A stretch of 61,181 nucleotides of DNA, filler included, from Dugesia japonica (taxonomy: Eukaryota), in assembly GCA_001938525.1 (NCBI GenBank). It is 6 parts of 6 records of this genome, joined end to end, with 100 filler letters (N's around TTAATTAATTAA, not from the genome) between each part and the next. Parts side by side here need not be neighbours in the genome. Positions count along the whole stretch, not along the records: positions 51,781 to 61,181 come from MQRL01470820.1; 5 more parts are not named here. One strand, written 5' to 3'. The position numbers were made by a program, and so were the translations under genes. The stretch's first letter is position 1. Each line of letters begins with the position of its first letter. Below, one piece after another: positions 52,237-61,181 of this stretch. Under the pieces are notes generated by a model. The model saw only the letters and a list, made by a program, of their open reading frames with translations. It made no database searches and had not been told where the DNA came from.

Positions 52237-52842
52237 TTATGAGTATTTTGTGGTACCCGAAATTTGCTGAATTTGGCTCTTATAATATTGGTAACTTTTA
52301 TCGTATTTATTTAAATCTGAGTTTCGGTTTTTTATTTTATAATTTAATTCTAAGTATACGTTTTCTGTGTTATATTTTATCTTATGACTTGCATTTGGAC
52401 TAGAACTTTTTATTTTAGAGAATGTTATAGATATTGATTTTATTAAGTTAGTAGTAGATTTGGTTGTACTTGTTTCTGTAGGTATTTGTTTCCATAAGAT
52501 ATATTTTGGATATTCTGGAAATGTTGTTAGAGTAATAGTTTCCAAAACGCAAGCTACCCAATCAAAACCGCCAATCCAGTTGGCAGTGATGTAATATTTT
52601 ATATTGGGTTCTAACCCATAAAGTTCAACAAATCTTGTTTTATTGCTGATTTTAGTCCCTACTACTACGAATAAGTAGGTAGGTCCATAAAACCTTTTAT
52701 GCGAAGGAATTTTAAATGTGAATTGGCGTGGATATATGCCTATTTCTACTATATGCCAAGATAACGTTCTATGGGATAGATACGTAAATCTGCTAAACAA
52801 CTTGTTATGATTGCTAATAATATTACTAACATGATTGTCCAT
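52237..52842 (-). CDS. Accessory ORF downstream of integrase: FN3-like domain plus Ser/Thr-rich stalk
   Basis: Longest ORF in the window (201 aa); TLSW...VELYGLEPNIKYYITA resembles the FN3 LxGLxPxxxY signature. Confidence 0.55.
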   Translation of the reverse strand: MDNHVSNIISNHNKLFSRFTYLSHRTLSWHIVEIGIYPRQFTFKIPSHKRFYGPTYLFVVVGTKISNKTRFVELYGLEPNIKYYITANWIGGFDWVACVLETITLTTFPEYPKYILWKQIPTETSTTKSTTNLIKSISITFSKIKSSSPNASHKIKYNTENVYLELNYKIKNRNSDLNKYDKSYQYYKSQIQQISGTTKYS

Positions 52843-52868
52843 GAATTTTGTGATTGTGATCTGAGATT

Positions 52869-55800
52869 CTATCTATGTGGTTTCTGAGTTATTGGCTCTG
52901 TTTCTGCTAGTTTACATCTATTGATTACAAATATAGTAGGATCATTATTTTTATTTTTAACTATTTGTAAATTCGTGTCCGTTACTTTTACTACATCAAA
53001 GCGTCCTTTAAAATATCTAGCTAGATTGTTTGTTAGACCTTTCTTTGAATTCGGAGTCTTTATTCGCACTTTATCTCCAACTTTAAATTGATGTGGTTTT
53101 GCATTTCTGTCGTAGTAATCTTTATACTGTTCTTGTTTGAATTTTATTCTCAATCCAGTTTGTTTATACACTTCCTGTAGTCTTTCCTGAATTTTCGTAA
53201 CATATTCCGGATTGTCCGTATATTGTAACACAATAAGTTTGAATGTGACACATCGGATTATGATTCTCTCTCAAGTACATTAAATAGAATGGTGAATATC
53301 CAGTAGCTTCATTTTCTGTCGTGTTGTTGGAAAATAATGCTGGTTTAAGGAACAAGTCCCAATCATTTTTATTTTTGTTTACAAATACTGATAATCTGTT
53401 ACATAATGTGCGGTTGAATCTTTCCACAAGACCGTCTGACTGTGGGTGGTATGCTGAAATGTTTATTTTTTAGATGTTAAACATTTCATTAACTCTTTTA
53501 ACTGTTTCGCTTAAGAAATTTCTACCTCTGTTTGATAGCAATTTTTTGAGTGCGCCATATTTAAAAATAATTTTTTATACCAACAATTTTGCGATTACTT
53601 CTGCAGATTCGTCTTTTGTGGGAAATGCTTAGGCCCACTTTGTAAAATAATCGCTGAATACCCAAATATGTTTGTTAAATTTTATTGTAGTTGGTAATTT
53701 GCTTAAGAAATCCAGAGCGCATATTTCCATTGGTGGGCTTGGTACTGGCATTGGATGAAGTGGCACTTTTGTTTTTGTCCCAGTATTTTTTCTAGTTGCG
53801 CATATTGAACAAGCTCTACACCATTGCTTTACATCATCTTGCAAATTTTGCCAAAAATATTTTTGTAATATTCTAGATGCTGTTTTACTACTTGATAACG
53901 TCCACCAAGAGCACCATGATGATATTGAAGAAGTAACATCTGTTTTAAGGAATCAGGTACAACCCATAAGTTTCTCCCATGTTATCATATACAAGTAAAT
54001 CCTTATATATTTTATACTTTGTATTTTTGTTAAGGTGGTTTCGTATTGATTTGATGTTTTTATCTTTCTTTTATACATCCGAGAAAGTTTTATCATTTAT
54101 GCCTTCAGTTATTATAGGCATTGATTTTGTTGTTTCCACCTCTTTTATGTTAGGAATTCTTGATAGTGCATCGGCATTTCTGTTGGCTCTTCCAGGTTTG
54201 TATTTAATTTTTATATTCATATCTTAGATTTTCATAGCCCATTTTAATATTCGGCTGGATGTATCCTTGTTTTTCCATAAGCCTTCAAGTGGTTTATGGT
54301 CTGTTTGTATAGTGACCTCTGTTCCATAAATGGTCGGTCTAAATTGTATAAACGCATAAATGTATTGCGCAACACTCCTTTTCTATTGTTGAATATCTAG
54401 GTTCTGCTTCTTTTAACGTTTTACTTGCGTATGCAGTTACGTTATCTTTGTTTTTCTCTTCATGTCCAAGAACTGCTCCGACTGCATATTCACTTGCATC
54501 TGTCATGATTATAAATGCTTTGTCAAAATCTGGGTATCTCAATATTGGCGCTGTTATTAATTTTTCAATTAACGTATTGAAAGCGTTTTGCTGATTGTTT
54601 CCCCATAATTTTTGTAATTTTAATGAATTTTCATTGATTTCTCGGTAATTATTACGCCTTTACTTTCTTCTTTAGTTTTCAAACCTTTTGTCAGTTTCAC
54701 TAGTGAGGCAGATATATTACCAAAATCCTTTATAAATCGTCTATAATAATCGACTAGTCCTTTATAACTTAGGAGTTGTTGTACTGTTTCTTGTATTGGC
54801 AAAGTTTTTATTGCTTCTATTTTATCTGGATTTGGTTGCAAACCTTTTGAGGAAACTATACGACCTAGAAATATTACCTGTTCTTCCGCCCATTTGAATT
54901 TTGTTGGCTTTAGTTTTATATTTGGGTTTTTGTAATCTACACTTCATAGTTTATTAAATGTTACTCGAATGATTCTGATGCGATCAAAATGGCATCCATA
55001 TAGATAATTACATGTTTTACATCTATCAAAACTGTGTTCATTAATCTCTTAAATGAAGCTGGTGCGTTTGTTAAATCGAATAGCATTCTTGTAAACTCGT
55101 ATAAACCATCTTCTGTTACAAATGCAGTCTTTTCTCTATCCTGTAATAACACATTTAGACCATAGAAATGTTTGCTGGCGTCGAATATAGCAAACCATAA
55201 TGCTTTACTTAATTTGTTAAATTGCTCCTTGTATCTTGCTTAGTAACATCATTTAATTTTCGATAATCTACGCACATTCTGATATCTCGATCTTTTTTCT
55301 ATGCTGGTACTACTGGTGATGCCCATGGAGAGAAAATTTGTACTATTATTCCATTATCTTTTAATTCTTTTATTTGTCACTTGACTTCCTCTCTTAATTT
55401 ATATGATGCAACATATGGCCTTTTCCTGACAGGTTTGGCGTTACCAGTGTCACTGGCATGTTGTATTATATCTGCTTCACCAATATCGAATTCATGTTTT
55501 GCTAAAACATCCTAATATTTATCTATTACTGCTTGTAATTGTTTTCGCTCATGCGCTGTTAGATTGCTATTAGTTATTTTAGTCTTATCTGTTTGTTTAA
55601 TTCTGTTTGTTTAGGTTTAATTTGATCGTAAATTAGTGTTTCCTTTACTATTTGCTTTTGTTTTATTGGATTATTTTTATTAAATGTAATTTCATTTATC
55701 TCACATTTCTCGTTTTTTACATGTAGTTTACCTAATTTCATACCTTAGAAAAGATTAACATCTTGATTATTATAATTGGCGATTCTAATAGGCATGGTTT

Positions 55801-56350
55801 CCTTTTTTGGAACAAAACATTCGAGTACTATTGATATATTAAATTTTTTCACTAATTGATTATTTGGTTCAAAAAAATAGATATTTACGCTACGGAACCC
55901 TAATTTTACAGGCATTATACATTCACGTGAATATTCTATTTTTGTATTTGACTTTAAGTATAAATCATTTTTTGCTTTTTCATCATTTGTGGGGGGTGAT
56001 TTTGATAATTTATTATTTTGTAAATATATAACATATCCTGATAATTTTGACAGTAAATCCATTCCCAAAATTTAGTCTTGTACCTCTTGGTCTACGACTT
56101 GGAATGAGTGTTGTATATTTTCATTTTCTAAGGTAATATTGCAATATATTATATCCTTTATGGCTCGTGAATGATTTTAATTCCTCTGATAGGCTAGGAT
56201 CAAGATTATCTTTTTTTTTTGTTAAGAAATGTCTTTAATTATTAAGCATGCTGATCCGGTGTCTATTAATGAAGGTATATTATATTCATTTATTGATATT
56301 ATCATTGTGGGTGTGGGAGTATCTCCATTTATTACATATATCTCGTTTGA
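52869..56350 (-). mobile_element. pol: Gypsy pol pseudogene (protease - RT - RNaseH - integrase)
   Basis: LIDTGSA (56252-56263), SPWASPVV, RMCVDYRKLN, EKTAFVT..LYEFTRM, YMDA (mutated YxDD), TDASEYAVGAVL, NADALSR, CRACSIC, HPQSDGLVERFNRTL, FKGRF. Confidence 0.97.
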
Positions 56351-56499
56351 TTTTTGAGGTGTGGTATTTCTTATTAATTTTTCGTTTTCAAGGTTTGATT
56401 TTAATTTATTGACTTTATCTGTTTCTGATATATAAGGTTTTATTGTCGTAATTATTCAGTTCTATATTCTCATCTCTATTTGATAGATCGATTGTATAT

Positions 56500-57440
56500 G
56501 TTTGATTTTGTCTTTCTAATTTTCTGATTTTATCATGGTGTTTTTGCATGATTAGATGTTTTACAATAAATGTACATATGCATGCTGCTAGTTTTCATGT
56601 TGTACCAAATACTGAATGCAATTTTCTTAATGATAATAATTGATGGCATGCTAATTTTAACAAAATAAACAAATAATGTATTAACAAAAAAACGAAAATA
56701 CACTGCCTATTGCTTACGCTTTGCCTAAACATTTATCGATAAAACTTTGTATGACTCTTTTGCAGTGATCTACGTGCAATAATTACTCGAAGTTGAAATC
56801 GTCTGCTTGGCTTCCTTTATGAATTCTATCGATCATTATTGATATTATTTTTTTTATTACTATAGGAAACAGAACATGCTTTCTGGATTTTTCTTTCTTT
56901 CTGAGTAAATATGCCGGTATTTTCCATGTTGTATTGTCTGTCAAATACCATTTTCCTTCAGAGTTCCATCATCTCTAATGTTACTGATTTTTGTGCTGTT
57001 TCACAATCCGAAGCGGTAATCCAAACGTTGTCGTTTATTTTGTATAATGGGTCGAGAAGATTACTACGTTTGTTCATTTCTTTGGGTTTATAATTTTCAT
57101 CTGTTAGAATTCGTGTTACTGGTAATAAAAAGACCTTTTTATTATTATGTATCACTGGCAGTTCATTTGTACATTCCGGATGATCTGTTAAAGTAACTAT
57201 TGCTAATTTACATTTGAAAGTTACCAATGCTTCACCCACAATTCTTCCAAAGGTTCCTGCTTCTTCGAATAATAATGGTGTCATCTCGAATAGTAGCAGC
57301 TAATGCCATTTTTGTACTTAACCGTTCTCTATTTATTTTACAGTCACTTGATATTGTTTCATCATATAATTTTTCCATTTGATATATCAAATTGTGATAT
57401 GCAAAATCAAGTTTATTGTTTAAATATGAAACTTATTTGA
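56500..57440 (-). pseudogene. env: Class III fusion glycoprotein (herpes gB / chuvirus G-like) envelope, C-terminal half, located between gag and protease
   Basis: YLNNKLDFAY..DCKINRERLSTKMALAA..GTFGRIVGEALVTFKCKLAIVTLTDHPECTNELPVIHNNKKVFLLPVTRIL..PLYKINDNVW..NTGIFT..LFP, then a hydrophobic AIGSVFSFF membrane region. Confidence 0.8.
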
Positions 57441-57499
57441 TGTCCAATTTTTTCTGCTTGATCTTTAGAGCCTTTGATGAGTTCATTAGATATATTTAA

Positions 57500-59617
57500 A
57501 CCGTTAAAGTTGGTTTTCTTTACTGCGCCTGGTGGTCTACCTCTTGATCGTCTTGTAGTTTTCTCATTTGAAGGTCCTGGTTCATCTGTATGTCTTGATT
57601 TCTTTGGTTCTGTATTTCCGTTATATTTTTTAATTGAACTGATTGACTTGTATTACCATTTCTTATTTGAGCTTGTTGATTATCTACTGGAGATTCTGGT
57701 TCTCTAGATATTTTCTTCGGTGGAATATGTATCTTTTCGTTTTCATCTTTTATATCCTCTAATATATCTTGATCCAGAAGATCGATTATTCCATTCATCG
57801 CTTCCTGCTGTCCCTCAGATAATTTATTTACTATCTTGAATTTCACTTGGTTATCGTTTTCAGGGATAATTCCGTATTCCATTATTCTTTTATTTTCAAT
57901 TAACTCCTGATTATAGAAATACAATTTTATCTCGTCGTCTTCTACTAATGTTATCGGTCACTTTGCTCTTATTATCTTTCGTAGTTTTTCCGTTTTAGTA
58001 AGCGCATATGTGCTTATTATTAGAGCTTTTATATTACAACTAACTGTGGATGCTTGTATTATTATGGGTTTCTGCCACTGTGTTGGCTTTAACAAATTCG
58101 CTATAATTCTTTATTAATTCATTTATTAATTTATGACTCTCATCGAATTCTCTTCTGCCTTTTACTTTTACTAAGGAAATTATTAATGTTTTCAGTTCGC
58201 GATAGCTTATGAGATATTCAATTATATCATTTAGGTATTGTATCAATCTAAGTGCGTTTATATTCTGTTTAGTCATTTCATGCTTTAAAATTTTCCAACA
58301 TCGACTTTTGTTTGCTTTCATCTACTTCCTCACCTAAATCTACTTTAATTGATTCGTAAGTGTTTATCTCATATTTACTTTTATTTTGTTGTCTTTCCTG
58401 CATTCTTTCACATCTGATGCGTAATTCTTGTAATTCCGCTCTCATACTTTCGTATTCATCGTTTTGAGCTACTTCAATAACATTTAAGCTTTTTGTCTCA
58501 GATTCAAATGATACTTCTTTCTTTATTATACTTCTGGGATCTCGCAGCTGGATTCGGCACACTCTGGCTAAGTGTCCACATTTGTTGCAGTTATAAAATG
58601 TTATCTGTTCTCTGTTATTTACTTGATCTCTCCGTTCGTTTGAGTAGTTACTGTTATTTCTGTCATTATAGTTCAACGTGGACTTATATTATATCTATAG
58701 TTTGATTCAGATTCTCTTTTAGGTCTATATCCCTTATTTTTAAATCTAGGGCTAGAGTTTTTGTAACCTCTATTATTATTCCAGATTTTCCTTTGACTGG
58801 AATTTCTATTCATATAACCTTTCCCCGGCGTATTTGTATATTCATAATAACTCGTTGGACTTAAATTTCTATTATATTAATTTTTTTTATCCATATAATT
58901 ATTTTTGCTATTATCTTAGTGAATGTGATATGCTCGTTTTATATAACCCCATTATGTCGGTTTTCTATCAGTCGGCATGCTTGTTTCTATGGCATAAATT
59001 AGTTTATCTTTAGTTTTATGATTATAATTTGTCTCAATCCTTCTGGCTTTTGTCATCAACTGTTCAATATTTTTGTACTCCACTGTTATCAGAACAGATT
59101 TTATTTTTCTAAGTTTTCTTCTCAGGAATTAATCTTCTATAACATTTTCAATATTACCGCCTTCTCCAAAGGTCATTTAAGATAATTTTTTTAAAATCGT
59201 ATAAATATTCACCTAAAATTTCTGTAGTTCCTTGCATCCTGTTTTGAAATTTTTGTGTACATATTCTTTCTACTTCTATGGGAACTTTTATAAGCTTTCT
59301 GAGCTCTTTTATTAGTTCGTTAAAATTCTTCGATGGATCTGTTAAATTTTTATAACTTTGCAGTGCAAAGCCCTTTAAATACAATGGTACCATTTAGCCA
59401 ATTCCTCATTTGTCCAATTGCATTTTATTAAACAGATGGACATTTCTTCAAAATATTCATCGAACTCTTCGGGTTTCCTGGAATACTTTTGTAATAGTAA
59501 ATAGTTCATTTTATTTCGATCACCAAATCCAAATAAAGGAGTAATATTAAAACCATTTTCTTGTTCATTTATATTTTCGCTATCTTTACGTCCAATTACT
59601 ATGTCTCTGCTTCTCAA
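57500..59617 (-). pseudogene. gag: Gypsy gag (capsid-like, zinc knuckle, long coiled-coil/disordered extension with AT-hook-like RGRPP)
   Basis: KYSRKPEEFDEYFEE..W..LYLKGFALQSY..FQNRMQGTTEILGEY; FYNCNKCGHLARVC; RSRGRPPG near 57525-57550. Confidence 0.85.
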
Positions 59618-60113
59618 TTTATATATAATATTATCGTTTGTATCAATTGTTTGTATTCTATATTATGTTCAATTTATTTTAACTATTTGTGTTTGTGTAA
59701 GATTTTATATATTTGTAAAATTATTAAACACACAACTATATGAAGAATTTAAAATCTTTATCAAATGGAAAATATTTACCCGTCATTTTAGGTTCTCAAA
59801 GTTTCCGCAGGTTTGTATTCTTTTATTTAAACTTTATACGTTGGGTTAGGAACTATCTGTGAATTTCGTTTCAATTCACAATTAAAAATGTTTTTTCAAA
59901 ATTCAGGTTTCGTTTCAACCCTTTAAAACTGTATTACTTTTAAAGAATTTACTCGTAACTTATACAAAAGGTTTTTATCTTATCTCTTTTTATCTTATCT
60001 TATCCTTATTTTTTTTAAAATTTTATTCAAAAATCTTATATGGGAATTTTGTTTTAACTCTGAATACTCAAATACTTTTATCGAATTAATTTATAAATTT
60101 TTATAAATTGGTT

Positions 60114-60130
60114 CCTCACTTGGGGCACCA
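60114..60130 (-). promoter_or_regulatory. Primer-binding site complementary to an elongator tRNA-Met 3' end
   Basis: TGGTGCCCCAAGTGAGG lies 4 nt after the LTR end ...TCAACA; resembles the complement of CCUCAC...GGGGCACCA. Confidence 0.75.
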
Positions 60131-60134
60131 ATTT

Positions 60135-60800
60135 TGTTGAGATGAATTCGGGATTATAGCGAACCCAAGTCAACAGTTGTGTGAGCGTTTTAGTTTTGAT
60201 AAGATTTTATGATAATCCCAGAAGAAGTATAATAACTGATATGATTTTCTATGTAACCTTAATATAGTTAATATATATGAATGAGATCAATACAAATATA
60301 CTATATAGTCAGCCATTTAATAAATAATGAATGAATTACTTTTAAAATTTTATTGGTAACTCAAATTAAAATTATACAGCGGAATTATCAGTTCAAGTAA
60401 ACTTCGACTTCACTTGAGATATCTAAAAGTTGGGTGAAAAAATGTATTTTACCACTCTATTTATACTTTTTCCAGAACATGCAATTACCTTGGAGAAATA
60501 ATATATTTTATAAAAATAACTAATTTTACAAAATAAATATAAACATGTGTTTTAAAAATAACATATTTTATTAAATAAATAAAAATTGTTTTATTTAGAA
60601 AAATCCATAATTATTATAAAATTTACCAAAAATAAAGTTTAGAATAGTAAATAAATAAATTCCTTTTTACATTGATTTATAAGTAAATAAACTGATTCTT
60701 CATAATAAATCAAACCAATTGGTTTCTTTACAGTTGAAAATTGATTTTTTTACAATCGACTATTTTTGCATAATAGATCAAACAAATTGATTTCTCTACA
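60135..60800 (-). repeat. 5' LTR of the env-bearing Gypsy element (outer boundary uncertain)
   Basis: CA end adjacent to the PBS; TATAAATA at ~60458-60465 and AATAAA at ~60349-60354 on the minus strand. Confidence 0.65.
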
Positions 60801-60879
60801 ATCAAATATTGGTTGAAATAAATAAATTGAAGCTGGTTGTTTGAAGAGAACTCACTAAGATGAGGAGAGAAGAAATTAT

Positions 60880-61098
60880 ACTTTAAAGATTTTCTGAGAT
60901 AACGACAATAAATGTTTATTTCACCTTATTCAGAAATTCGGTGGTATATTTATAGCGTCGAGGTATATTTATGGACACACAAAGAAAATGGTATATGAAC
61001 TAAAAGTGGTAGGTGATCCAGTTGTACAACATTCTCGGCAACAACCAATGCATTTAGAGAGGAAATTTGAATATATGATAAAGAATCTAGTTAACATT
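60880..61098 (+). mobile_element. Second Gypsy RT N-terminal fragment, opposite orientation
   Basis: GHTKKMVYELKVVGDPVVQHSRQQPMHLERKFEYMIKNLVNIGDISKCN. Confidence 0.75.
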
Positions 61099-61114
61099 GG
61101 TGATATCAGCAAGT

Positions 61115-61181
<67 letters not shown>
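61097..61181. repeat. (AAT)n microsatellite; others at ~17323, 20926, 26145, 27100, 41995, 51781
   Basis: Pure AAT/ATT runs, mostly adjacent to N gaps. Confidence 0.98.

Overview
This is very AT-rich eukaryotic DNA from a fragmented draft assembly. A planarian-like flatworm is my guess from the (AAT)n abundance and transposon spectrum, and it cannot be proven here. The window is not one locus: five identical 100-nt artificial spacers (44 N + TTAATTAATTAA + 44 N) join six separate pieces of about 9-11 kb. Nearly all recognisable sequence is decayed mobile DNA: Merlin, mariner/Tc1, hAT, several Gypsy LTR retroelements, many Penelope fragments with minimal hammerhead ribozymes, and Polinton/adintovirus-type DNA polymerase B remnants. 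Only one plausible host exon is visible. The main observations are: (1) a Gypsy element ordered gag - class III (herpes gB/chuvirus-G-like) envelope - protease/RT/RH/IN - FN3-like ORF, with an elongator tRNA-Met PBS; (2) a virus-like cassette of short ORFs that includes a compact, divergent TATA-binding-protein homologue and a RING/TRAF zinc-finger gene; (3) two related 2.3-2.6 kb LTRs, at least one carrying a coiled-coil ORF; (4) dense homotypic motif clusters (T-box + Fox, PAR-bZIP, Runx-like) inside the virus-like pieces. All protein family assignments come from motif recognition by eye, not from database searches.
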